This document shows positions 1 to 9,166 of a DNA stretch of 64,000 nt, in pieces. Within the stretch, counting starts at the first letter, position 1, and each line of letters starts with the position of its first letter. The stretch is from Chloroflexota bacterium (GTDB lineage Bacteria; Chloroflexota; Dehalococcoidia; UBA2979), in NCBI GenBank assembly GCA_027593235.1, contig JAQCIU010000006.1, forward strand, positions 32,001 to 96,000, written 5' to 3'. The notes beneath the pieces were generated by a model. The model saw nothing but the letters and a program-made list of their open reading frames with translations. It did no database searches and was not told the DNA's origin. The translations under genes and the position numbers were made by a program.

Positions 1-20
1 GCGCCACCCCACGCGGGCGG

Positions 21-1019
21 CTAGAACTGGCGTCGCACCGCCAGCGTCAAGGTCTCTTCGAGGAACGTGATGGTACGCGCGAGCCGGGCCGCGTCGGGCA
101 CGTCCACCATGTGCTTTTCGATCTTCTGAAGCGCCAGCGCGACCGCGAGGCGATGCGCCTCCACCAGCCGGATCTCGCGGAAGACGCCGTTGTTCGTGTA
201 CCCGTCCAGCAGCGCCTCGGTCGCGGCCCACCCGAAGTAGAACGCGAACGAGGCGATATCGAACGCCGGCGGCACGATCGCAGCGTCGCCGAAATCGATG
301 AGGCCACTCAGCCGGCCGTCCTGCACGCGCAGGTGCGAGCCGTTGAGGTCGGTGTGACTGACCGAGAACTGGACGCGCGACTCCTCGAACCGAAGCAGCC
401 CTTCGCGCAGCGGCGCGATCGTGCTCACCAGCACCGGCGCCGCATGCACTACCGGGTGCGCGAGGAGCGGGCGGCCATCGAACGGCCACAGCTTCGGCCA
501 CCAGCGCGACAGCACGCCGTCGTGGCGATCCGTCGCCGTGCCGTGCAGCGCATCCGCGCGGTCCTCGAGCCGCCCGTAACCCTCGGCAGGCAGCGCGTGC
601 AACGCGGCGAGCAACCGTCCGAGGTCGGTCGCCGCCGCCTCCGGGATCGTGTCGGTGAGCGGATCGCCGGCAGCCCAGCCGGTGACCATCCAGTCCCAGC
701 GCCCGTCGGCGGGGTCATGACCCTCGATCGTCGCGGCGGTCGCGATCGCGGCGGGGACCGGCAGGTCGCCCTGCCCCAGGCCCTCGAGGATCGCGTGCCG
801 CGCGGCGTAGATCGTCGGCTCGTCGCGATAGCGCTCGTGCCGCGCTTCCGGCGGGATCGCGACCACCACGCAGTACGGACCGCCACGCGCCTCCACGTAC
901 CAGCCGACGCTCGTCTGGCCCTGCCCGGCGATCCGCAGATCGTCCGGATCCTCGCCCGTCGCGGCGTGGACGATCCGCGCCACCATCGGCGCGTCAGACA
1001 TCGTGCCCAGGCCCGCCAT
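21..1019 (-). CDS. Aminoglycoside phosphotransferase / kinase-like (APH family) protein
   Basis: Brenner-type motif HTDLNGSHL followed by LIDFGDA. Starts 2 nt after the stop of the upstream M16 peptidase. Confidence 0.75.
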   Translation of the reverse strand: MAGLGTMSDAPMVARIVHAATGEDPDDLRIAGQGQTSVGWYVEARGGPYCVVVAIPPEARHERYRDEPTIYAARHAILEGLGQGDLPVPAAIATAATIEGHDPADGRWDWMVTGWAAGDPLTDTIPEAAATDLGRLLAALHALPAEGYGRLEDRADALHGTATDRHDGVLSRWWPKLWPFDGRPLLAHPVVHAAPVLVSTIAPLREGLLRFEESRVQFSVSHTDLNGSHLRVQDGRLSGLIDFGDAAIVPPAFDIASFAFYFGWAATEALLDGYTNNGVFREIRLVEAHRLAVALALQKIEKHMVDVPDAARLARTITFLEETLTLAVRRQF

Positions 1020-1021
1020 CG

Positions 1022-2296
1022 CTAGCCGTGCAGCAACGCGTCGAGGCGATCTGCCTCGGCGGTTGGTCCAACCACGGCGATCGAGAACTCGCCGGGGCCG
1101 ATCACCCGCTTCGCGACCGCCTGGATGTCCGCGGCGGTCACCGCTCGCAGCGCGGTCACGGAGTCCTCGGGCGATTCGATCTCGCCATCCATCAGCAGCT
1201 GGTTGCCGTAGCGCTGCCCCAGCGCCATCGGCGTCTCCAGCGAGAGGCGGAAGCTGCCGGCGGCGTAGTCCTTGGTGCGCTGCAACTCCTCGTCACCCAT
1301 CGGCTCGTCCACCAGCTTGCGCAGCTCGGCGAGGATCACCTCCAGCGCCTCCTCCTGGTGCTCACGGGTCACGCCCGCGCTCACCGTCAGCGATCCGGTG
1401 TCCGAGTAACGCGCGCCACCCGCCGACACGGAGTAAGCCAGCCCTCGGCGCTCCCGCACCTCCTGGAAGAGCCGCGAGGACATCCCCCGCCCCAGCGCGG
1501 TGTTCATCAGGTCGAAGGCGTAGCGATCCGGGTCGTTGCGCGCCATGCCATGCATCGAGAGCGCCACGTTCGTCTGCTCCAGTTCGCGCGGATCGAGCTG
1601 GATGTATGCCTCGGGCCGTTCGGTCTTCGAGGCGACTGGTGCGGCGGGCTTACCGACCGGAAGGTCGCTGAACCGCGCGGTCGCCCACTCCACCACCTGC
1701 TGATGCTCGACGTTCCCGGACACCGACAGCACGGAATTGTCCGCGGTGTAGTACCCGGTCATGTGCTCCGCGAAGTCGGGGCGATGCATCTCCTCGACGG
1801 ATTCGACGGATCCGGCCACCGGCCAGCCGATCGGCTGATCACCGTAAACCGCGCGCCCCAGCAGTTCGCCGACGAAGGCGCCCGGGTTGTCGTGCGCGCG
1901 CTTAATCTCCTGCTGCACCACCGTCCGTTCGCGGTCGATCTCCACGGTCTCCAGCAGCGAGTGCTGAAGCATGTCCCCGAGGATCTCGATGCCGGTCTCC
2001 GCCCGCTCGTACGGAAGGTTGTTCCAGTAACAGGTCAGCTCTTTCGTCGTGTAGGCGTTCAGGCTGCCGCCCGCGCCCTCGATCGCTTGCGAGATCTGCG
2101 TCGCCTCGGGGCGCTCAGTCGTGCCCTTGAAGAGCATGTGCTCGATGTAGTGCGACAACCCGTTGGTACGCGGATCCTCGTTGCGCGATCCCACCCGCAC
2201 AAAGAACGCGGCGGCGGCGGATTGCGCCGTCGGCACGGTAGTGGTCAGCACCCGGAGGCCATTGTCGAGCGTCGTCAGTTGCCAACCCTGTGCCAC
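1022..2296 (-). CDS. M16 family (pitrilysin-like) zinc peptidase
   Basis: Inverted zinc motif HYIEH in GLSHYIEHMLFKGT, plus SSRLFQEVRERRGLAY. Start moved to GTG 2296, which follows GAGGAG. Confidence 0.9.
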   Translation of the reverse strand: MAQGWQLTTLDNGLRVLTTTVPTAQSAAAAFFVRVGSRNEDPRTNGLSHYIEHMLFKGTTERPEATQISQAIEGAGGSLNAYTTKELTCYWNNLPYERAETGIEILGDMLQHSLLETVEIDRERTVVQQEIKRAHDNPGAFVGELLGRAVYGDQPIGWPVAGSVESVEEMHRPDFAEHMTGYYTADNSVLSVSGNVEHQQVVEWATARFSDLPVGKPAAPVASKTERPEAYIQLDPRELEQTNVALSMHGMARNDPDRYAFDLMNTALGRGMSSRLFQEVRERRGLAYSVSAGGARYSDTGSLTVSAGVTREHQEEALEVILAELRKLVDEPMGDEELQRTKDYAAGSFRLSLETPMALGQRYGNQLLMDGEIESPEDSVTALRAVTAADIQAVAKRVIGPGEFSIAVVGPTAEADRLDALLHG

Positions 2297-2451
2297 GAGC
2301 GCTCCTCTAGCTGTCATTTTTGGACGTTGCACTAATGTCTGATCGACCCCGCCAGCAGCGCGGGTCACTACTGAGTAAGATACCGGCAGCACGTATCGAG
2401 CAAATCCGGCGATTCGACCGTTGTGGCCGTCGCTAGCGAAAGGGAACCAGC

Positions 2452-4323
2452 GTGGAAGAAGTCGCGTTCAACGGACGAATCCTCAACATCAACCTCACCA
2501 CCGGTGAGATCGAGCCGGAAACCATCCCGGAACAGATGTACCGCGAGCACCTCGGTGGCTACGGCCTCGGAGCGCGGTTGCTGTTCGACCGCATCCCGGC
2601 GGATGCCGATCCGCTCGGCCCCGACAACGTCCTTGGCTTCTTCCCCGGCCTCCTCACCGGCACGCCGCTGTTCGGTCAGCGCTTCCAGGTCGTCGCCAAA
2701 TCGCCAAAGAACAACGGCTGGGGCGACGCCAACTGCGGCGGCGACTTTGGTCCCATGCTCAAATTCACCGGCTACGACGGCATCCTCTTCAGCGGCCAGT
2801 CGGACAAGCCCGTCTACCTCTACATCGAAGACGACAAGGTCGAACTCCGCGACGCGGCCCCGTACTGGGGCGGCCTCGCGATCGACGTCGAGGACCAACT
2901 GAAGGAAGAACTCGGCAAGAAGATCAGCGTTGCGCTGATCGGACCGGCCGGCGAGAACCTCAGCATCATGTCCGGCGTGGCCAACGAGCGCGGCCGTCTC
3001 GCCGCCCGCTCCGGCGTCGGCGCGGTCATGGGCTCCAAGAAGCTCAAGGCCGTCGTCGTGAAGCCGACCAAGAAGATCATGGCCCAGAACAAAGAGGTCA
3101 TCCTCACCGTCAAGGACAGCCTCGCGGGCTTCAACCAGGGTGCGAAGAAGTTCTTTACCACCTTCGGCACCACCGGCATCACCGCCAACTCCGCGATCAA
3201 CGGCGATGCACCCGTCCTCAACTGGGGCGGCGTCGGTGTCGTGAACCTGGTCGAGAACATGGACATGTCGGGCATGAACGGCCCGGTCGTCAACGAGAGC
3301 ATGGAGAAGAAGTACGCCTGCTGGCACTGCCCGGTCGCCTGTGGCGCCGAGTCCGTGGATGGCAGCGACCGCGGCGAGTTCGCGTTCCCGAAGCACACCC
3401 ACCGTCCCGAGTACGAGACGATGGGCGCCTTCGGCGTGATGAACGGCGTCAACGACACCGACGCGATGATCGCGGTCAACCACTGGTGTAACCAGTACGG
3501 CCTCGACACCATCTCCACCGGCGCCGCGATCTCCTTCGCCACGGAGTGCTTCGAAAACGGCCTCCTCACCAAGGAGGACACCGACGGCATCGAGCTCTCC
3601 TGGGGCAACGCCAGCAGCATGCTGCAGGCGCTCCACCAGATCGGCCGCCGCACGGGCGCCCTCGGCGAACTACTCGCTGACGGCACCACCGTGGCCGCCG
3701 AGAAGATGGGCCCCGCCGCCAAGGAGTTCGTGACGGCAATCGACGGCGAAGAGCCGCCGATGCACGACCCAAAGCTCGACGTTGGCTTCGCCAGCTCCTA
3801 CGCCCTCGACCCGACGCCAGCACGTCATACCATCTGGTCGCCCGGCAAGAGCTCCAAGTTCCCGACGATGCCGAAGGCTCCCGAGGACAAGAAGGGCGCG
3901 AACGGCTGGGCCCCGATCAGCAAGGCCGCACACGAGCAGGCCCACGTCATGAACTCGGCCGGCATGTGCTACTTCATCTACACCATGTCGCCGACCAACC
4001 GGATCCCCGAGTGGATCAACCTGGTCACCGGGTGGGACACGACGCACGAGGAGCTCAACCAGGTCGGCGAGCGCATCGCCAACCTGCGGATGGCCTTCGC
4101 CGTGAAGCACGGCAACAACCCCGCCAAGCGCGAGGTCCCCGGCCGCATCCTCGGCAGCCCGCCGCAGACCGCCGGACCGCACGAGGGCTACACGATCGAC
4201 CTCGAGACGATGAAGAACGAGTGGTTCGATCTCGCCGGTTGGGACCGCGAGACCAGCGCCCCGAGCCGCGCGAAGCTCGAATCGCTCGGCCTCGCCGACG
4301 TGGCAACGGCGCTCGGCGTCTAG
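2452..4323 (+). CDS. Aldehyde:ferredoxin oxidoreductase (W/Mo-bis-pterin AOR family)
   Basis: N-terminal GRILNINLT, GVGAVMGSKKLKA, CWHCPVACG, PEYET, GLDTISTG and HDP motifs. Confidence 0.92.
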   Translation: MEEVAFNGRILNINLTTGEIEPETIPEQMYREHLGGYGLGARLLFDRIPADADPLGPDNVLGFFPGLLTGTPLFGQRFQVVAKSPKNNGWGDANCGGDFGPMLKFTGYDGILFSGQSDKPVYLYIEDDKVELRDAAPYWGGLAIDVEDQLKEELGKKISVALIGPAGENLSIMSGVANERGRLAARSGVGAVMGSKKLKAVVVKPTKKIMAQNKEVILTVKDSLAGFNQGAKKFFTTFGTTGITANSAINGDAPVLNWGGVGVVNLVENMDMSGMNGPVVNESMEKKYACWHCPVACGAESVDGSDRGEFAFPKHTHRPEYETMGAFGVMNGVNDTDAMIAVNHWCNQYGLDTISTGAAISFATECFENGLLTKEDTDGIELSWGNASSMLQALHQIGRRTGALGELLADGTTVAAEKMGPAAKEFVTAIDGEEPPMHDPKLDVGFASSYALDPTPARHTIWSPGKSSKFPTMPKAPEDKKGANGWAPISKAAHEQAHVMNSAGMCYFIYTMSPTNRIPEWINLVTGWDTTHEELNQVGERIANLRMAFAVKHGNNPAKREVPGRILGSPPQTAGPHEGYTIDLETMKNEWFDLAGWDRETSAPSRAKLESLGLADVATALGV

Positions 4324-4347
4324 CCTCGGCAGTCGCGATTGCAGTAC

Positions 4348-4375
4348 GAACGGCCCGCCTCACGGCGGGCCGTTC
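4348..4375 (+). terminator. Hairpin terminator after AOR
   Basis: Perfect 12-bp inverted repeat GAACGGCCCGCC-TCAC-GGCGGGCCGTTC about 25 nt after the stop; weak U-tail. Confidence 0.6.
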
Positions 4376-4416
4376 TGCGTCTCGCCGCACACGAGGACTG
4401 ACGGGCGCGGTTTCGT

Positions 4417-4445
4417 TCGACAGTCTTCGGAGCCGGGCCTAGACT
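4417..4445 (+). promoter_or_regulatory. Probable sigma70 promoter of pyrG
   Basis: TCGACA-17 nt-TAGACT. Confidence 0.5.
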
Positions 4446-4483
4446 GACTCAAACTGGGCTCCCCGCCCCTCCGATGGGATGCG

Positions 4484-6187
4484 ATGACGAAGTACGTCTT
4501 CATCACGGGGGGTGTGGTCAGCTCCGTTGGCAAGGGAATTGTCAGCGCGTCGCTGGGCCGCATCCTCAAAGCTCGCGGCGTTCGCGTCTCCATTCTCAAA
4601 CTCGACCCCTACCTCAACGTCGACCCCGGCACCATGTCGCCGTACCAGCACGGCGAGGTCTTCGTCACCGACGACGGCGCCGAGACCGATCTCGACCTCG
4701 GTCACTACGAGCGTTTCCTCGATGACGCGCTGACCGCCGCGAATTCCTCGTCCAGTGGCCAGGTCTACGAAGAGGTGATCCGCAAGGAGCGCCGCGGCGA
4801 CTACCTCGGCGGCACAATCCAGGCGATCCCCCACGTCACCAATGAGATCAAGCGCCGCATCCGCAAGGCCGGACAGGCCCTCGAGGCCGACGTCGTCCTC
4901 GTCGAGGTCGGCGGCACCGTCGGTGACATGGAGGGCCAGCCCTTCCTCGAGGCGATCAGCCAGATGCGCTACGCCGCGGACCCGCAGGACACCCTCTCGA
5001 TCCACGTCACCCTCTTGCCGCACCTCGGTGCCACCGGTGAGCAGAAGACCAAGCCAACCCAGCACTCCGTGCGCGAACTGCGTGCCTTCGGAATCGCACC
5101 CGACGTGATCGTCGCCCGCTCAGACCAACCGGTTCCCGAGGCCCTCCGCGAGAAGATCGCGCTCTTCTGCAACGTGAAGCGCAACGCCGTGATCCCGCTC
5201 GAGACCGCCGACTCCATCTACGAAGTTCCGCTCGTCCTCGAAGCCGCCGGGCTCGGGAAGATCGCGGCGGACCGCCTCGGCCTCGGCGATCAGACGCCCG
5301 ATCTCGAGGAATGGCGCTCCTTCGTCTCACGTCTGCAGCACCCGGACCGCCGTGCGCGCGTGGCGATCGTCGGCAAATACGTCGAATTGCACGACGCCTA
5401 CCTCTCAATCCGCGAAGCCCTCGTCCACGCCGGCGTACACCACGGCGCGGAACTCGAGTTCGACTGGGTCCACTCCGAAGACCTCGAAGTCCGCAGTGCC
5501 GAGGAAGTAATCGGCGAGGTGGATGGGATCCTGCTCTGCCCCGGCTTCGGTGATCGCGGCCTCGAGGGCAAAATCAACGCCGTCCGTTACGCACGCGAGA
5601 ACCTGATCCCGTACCTCGGCGACTGCCTCGGCCTGCAAATGCTCGTCGTCGAGTTCGCGCGCAACGTCGCTGGCATGCCCGAGGCGAACACCACCGAGGC
5701 CGATCCACGCACCCCCTTCCCGGTCATCTCCTTGCTCTCCGAGCAGCAGGAGGTCCACGACATGGGCGGCACAATGCGTCTGGGCGGCTACGACTGCCAG
5801 CTCGTCCCCGGCACCAAAGCCGCCGAGTGCTACGGCGCCGAAACCGTCCGCGAGCGGCACCGTCACCGCTACGAGGTGAACAACCAGTTCTTGCCGCAGC
5901 TCGAGCAGCACGGCCTCCGCGTCTCCGGTCACATGGCGGATGCCGGGCTCGTCGAGATCGTCGAACTCACCGATCACCCGTGGATGGTCGCCTCTCAGTT
6001 CCACCCCGAATTCACCAGCCGACCCAACCGCCCGAACCCCCTCTTCCGCGGGTTCGTCGGCGCGGCGCTGGAACACGCAGCGCAGCGAACACCGGCACAG
6101 ACCAACGGCGCATCCACACCCAGCCCCAACGGCGCTCCGGAACACGCACCGGCGGAACCGGCAGCCGCTGGGCCGGCGGTGAACTGA
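4484..6187 (+). CDS. pyrG: CTP synthase
   Basis: MTKYVFITGGVVSSVGKG, KLDPYLNVDPGTMSPYQHGE, glutaminase Cys in CLGLQ, RHRHRYE and FHPEF. Confidence 0.98.
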   Translation: MTKYVFITGGVVSSVGKGIVSASLGRILKARGVRVSILKLDPYLNVDPGTMSPYQHGEVFVTDDGAETDLDLGHYERFLDDALTAANSSSSGQVYEEVIRKERRGDYLGGTIQAIPHVTNEIKRRIRKAGQALEADVVLVEVGGTVGDMEGQPFLEAISQMRYAADPQDTLSIHVTLLPHLGATGEQKTKPTQHSVRELRAFGIAPDVIVARSDQPVPEALREKIALFCNVKRNAVIPLETADSIYEVPLVLEAAGLGKIAADRLGLGDQTPDLEEWRSFVSRLQHPDRRARVAIVGKYVELHDAYLSIREALVHAGVHHGAELEFDWVHSEDLEVRSAEEVIGEVDGILLCPGFGDRGLEGKINAVRYARENLIPYLGDCLGLQMLVVEFARNVAGMPEANTTEADPRTPFPVISLLSEQQEVHDMGGTMRLGGYDCQLVPGTKAAECYGAETVRERHRHRYEVNNQFLPQLEQHGLRVSGHMADAGLVEIVELTDHPWMVASQFHPEFTSRPNRPNPLFRGFVGAALEHAAQRTPAQTNGASTPSPNGAPEHAPAEPAAAGPAVN

Positions 6188-6263
6188 GCCCCGTGCGAAT
6201 TCCATCGTCGAATGACCAGCGCCCACGGCGTCGCGCACCCGCGCGTTGTGGACAGGGAGCATC

Positions 6264-6731
6264 GTGACCCTCGCCCGCTTCATCCACGTGATCGCTCTGC
6301 TCTACCTCGCCGCCGGCGTGGGCAACACCATCGTCCCCATCTGGCGTGCCTGGTTCCTGGATGAACTGGAGACGCGCGCGTTGCTGCTCAGCGAGGCGCA
6401 GCGGAACTACACCACCTGGCTGCTGCCGGGCATCATCGCCACCGGTATCAGCGGCTACTTCTACGCCGGGGTGCTGGAACTCAACGTCGTCACGGTCGGT
6501 TGGCTCGTCGCGATGCAGGTGGTCTGGCTCATCCAGATCTTCGTCTTCGTCCCGCTGCTCGGCCTCGGGCTCCGTCGCGTCCGCTTCCTCGCGCTCCAGT
6601 CCGCCAAGGACGGCGAGACGTCCGAGGAACTGCGGGACGCCCTCGCGGACAACGCACCGCTCGTCTTCGGTACGCTCATCGTCATCACGATTGTCATCAT
6701 GACCTGGCTGCCCATTTTCCGGCCGTTCTAA
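6264..6731 (+). CDS. Membrane protein, DUF2269-like
   Basis: Four hydrophobic segments, N-terminal FIHV and C-terminal RPF. GTG start follows GGGAG. Confidence 0.6.
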   Translation: MTLARFIHVIALLYLAAGVGNTIVPIWRAWFLDELETRALLLSEAQRNYTTWLLPGIIATGISGYFYAGVLELNVVTVGWLVAMQVVWLIQIFVFVPLLGLGLRRVRFLALQSAKDGETSEELRDALADNAPLVFGTLIVITIVIMTWLPIFRPF

Positions 6732-6759
6732 GCCGTCTCAACACCTCGGAGGCAACGCA

Positions 6760-7407
6760 ATGCGCATCTTCATGGACACCGCCAACATCGAGGAAATCCG
6801 CCGCGGCGTCGCCATGGGCGTCGTCGACGGCGTCACCACCAACCCCTCGCTGGTCGCCAAAGAGGGCGTCGAGTACCGCGTCCGCGTCCTCGAGATCTGC
6901 GAGGCGGTGCAGGGCCCCGTCTCCGCCGAGTGCATCTCCGAAAGCGCCGACGAACTCGTCGAAGAAGCGCGCCGGATCGCCGGCTGGAACGAGCACGTCG
7001 TCGTGAAGATCCCGATGACCGAAGAAGGCCTCGGCGCAATCAAGCGTGTCAGCGCGGAGGGCATTAAAGTCAACGTCACGCTGATCTTCTCCGCGAACCA
7101 GGCACTCCTCGCCGCCCGCGCCGGCGCCACCTACGTCTCACCCTTCATCGGCCGCCTCAACGACGCCGGACACGACGGGATGGCCGTCGTCCGCGAGAGC
7201 GCGCAGATCTTCGAGACGTTCCACTTGCCGACCCAGGTCCTGGCCGCCAGCATCCGCCTCCCGCGCGACGTCACGGACGCTGCCCTCGCCGGTTCACACG
7301 TCGCCACCATCCCGGCCAGCGTGCTCTTCCAGATGGTCAAACACCCGCTCACCGATTCAGGGATCGAGCGTTTCCTCGCGGACGCAAAGAAGTACACCCC
7401 CGTCTAG
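6760..7407 (+). CDS. fsa: Transaldolase / fructose-6-phosphate aldolase (TalC/Fsa type)
   Basis: MRIFMDTAN, GVTTNPSL, Schiff-base Lys in VVKIP, YVSPFIGR, HPLTD; GGAGG RBS. Confidence 0.92.
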   Translation: MRIFMDTANIEEIRRGVAMGVVDGVTTNPSLVAKEGVEYRVRVLEICEAVQGPVSAECISESADELVEEARRIAGWNEHVVVKIPMTEEGLGAIKRVSAEGIKVNVTLIFSANQALLAARAGATYVSPFIGRLNDAGHDGMAVVRESAQIFETFHLPTQVLAASIRLPRDVTDAALAGSHVATIPASVLFQMVKHPLTDSGIERFLADAKKYTPV

Positions 7408-7456
7408 CAAACATCGTCAGCATGGCGCCGGTAGGCGCCGCCGGGGATTCCCCGAC

Positions 7457-7486
7457 TTGTCGAACAAAGGCCCAGTTCGCTAGGAT
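7457..7486 (+). promoter_or_regulatory. Probable promoter of rho
   Basis: TTGTCG-18 nt-TAGGAT, followed by a pyrimidine-rich leader (CACTCTCTTCTTC). Confidence 0.45.
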
Positions 7487-7540
7487 GAGCGCGGTCGCAG
7501 TTCGCGACACTCTCTTCTTCGCCCGAAAGCACCCATACAT

Positions 7541-9007
7541 ATGACGAGTACTTCGCGTGGGCGCGACAACGCGTCCTCGACCCAACGCAACGATCGCGGT
7601 GGCGATCGAAACGGCGGCGGCGGCGGTGATCGCAACGACCGTGGTGGCGAAGGCCGCCGACGGCGGCGACCGCGCACCGGACGCCCCTCACGCGAGTGGG
7701 AGCGCGATGACGAGCCCGAGGCACCTACCGATCCCAGCGTGCCCGCGGTCAACATCTCCGACATGGACCAGTTGGCCCGCGAATCACTGATCGACCTCGC
7801 GACCGAGACCTTCGATGTCGAACTCGCCGCGGGCATGCCCCGACATGAAATTATCTACCGGATCCTGCAACGGCAGGCTCAGCGCAACGGAACCATCTAC
7901 TCCGGCGGCGTGATCAACATCGTGGACGACGGCTTCGGCTTCCTCCGCGGCGATTCCCTCCGACCCGGTCCGAACGACGTTTACGTCTCCCAATCTCAGA
8001 TTCGCCGCTTCGGTTTGCGTCCGGGCGACTACGTCACCGGCCAGGTACGTCAGCCCAAGGACTCAGAGAAGTACTACGGGCTGCTGCGCGTTGAGACCGT
8101 GAACGGTGTGGATCCGGAGGTCGCCAAGCGACGACCGGACTTCGACGCCCTCACCCCCATCTTCCCGAACAAAATGATGCGCCTGTCCACGACCCCGGAA
8201 GAAGTCAGCCAGCGGATGGTCGACCTGTTCGCGCCGATCGGGCGCGGTCAGCGGGGCCTGATCGTTTCGCCGCCGAAGGCCGGCAAGACGATGCTGCTGA
8301 AGTCGCTGGCGCACGGCATCATCGCGAACCACCCCGACATCCACCTGATGGTCTTCCTGATCGGCGAGCGGCCCGAGGAAGTCACGGACATGCGTCGTTC
8401 GGTCCGCGGCGAGGTGATCGCGTCGACCTTCGACGAGCCGGTCGAGGATCACACGCGTGTGACCGAGGCTGCCCTCGAGCGCGCGAAGCGCCTCGTCGAG
8501 AGTGGCACCGACGTTGTGATCCTGATGGACTCGATCACGCGTCTGACGCGTGCCTACAACACCAACCTGCCGACCAGCGGTCGCACGCTGTCCGGTGGTA
8601 TCGACCCGGTCGCCCTCTACCCGCCGAAGCGCTTCTTCGGCGCGGCGCGAAACACCGAGGAGGGTGGGTCGTTGACCATCATCGCGACCTGCCTGATCGA
8701 AACCGGTTCGCGCATGGATGACGTCATCTTCGAGGAGTTCAAGGGCACCGGGAACATGGAACTGCGGCTCGTCCGCCGGCTCGCTGAGAAGCGTGTGTAC
8801 CCGGCCATCGACGTGCTCGGTTCCGGTACCCGGCGCGAGGATCTCCTCTTCGAGGAAGACGAACTTAAGCAGATCTGGCTGCTCCGTCGCATGGCCTCGA
8901 TGCTCGAGGAAGACAGCGGTGACGCCGCCGAGCGCGTGCTCGAGCGCATCAGCCGCACCGAGACAAACGAGGAATTCCTGCTCTCGCTCAAGGCCGGCTC
9001 TGTTTAG
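7541..9007 (+). CDS. rho: Transcription termination factor Rho
   Basis: DGFGFLR, DVYVSQSQIRRFGLR, PIGRGQRGLIVSPPKAGKT, GERPEE, FKGTGNMEL; R/G/D-rich N-terminal extension. Confidence 0.98.
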   Translation: MTSTSRGRDNASSTQRNDRGGDRNGGGGGDRNDRGGEGRRRRRPRTGRPSREWERDDEPEAPTDPSVPAVNISDMDQLARESLIDLATETFDVELAAGMPRHEIIYRILQRQAQRNGTIYSGGVINIVDDGFGFLRGDSLRPGPNDVYVSQSQIRRFGLRPGDYVTGQVRQPKDSEKYYGLLRVETVNGVDPEVAKRRPDFDALTPIFPNKMMRLSTTPEEVSQRMVDLFAPIGRGQRGLIVSPPKAGKTMLLKSLAHGIIANHPDIHLMVFLIGERPEEVTDMRRSVRGEVIASTFDEPVEDHTRVTEAALERAKRLVESGTDVVILMDSITRLTRAYNTNLPTSGRTLSGGIDPVALYPPKRFFGAARNTEEGGSLTIIATCLIETGSRMDDVIFEEFKGTGNMELRLVRRLAEKRVYPAIDVLGSGTRREDLLFEEDELKQIWLLRRMASMLEEDSGDAAERVLERISRTETNEEFLLSLKAGSV

Positions 9008-9166
9008 GATTTGTTAACTGATCGCCCTTCCAGTTGACGATTGCGTGCCGAACGCGTGCTAGGATTGCGCCCATCGCGCGGACAGCCGTCCGTTCGTCGG
9101 TCGACCAGCTCCGAGGCCGCAAGAGGCGGCCTCACACCCATGGCGGGGTAACGCGGAGGCGGACCG

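Noticed and set aside
2297-2451. Moco/tungsten riboswitch upstream of AOR
   Set aside because: The divergent intergenic region is short and lacks the conserved Moco-RNA segments.
4456-4483. Bacillus-type pyrG reiterative-transcription attenuator (GGGCTC)
   Set aside because: GGGCTC lies 10 nt past the -10 rather than at the likely start site, and the short leader has no terminator.
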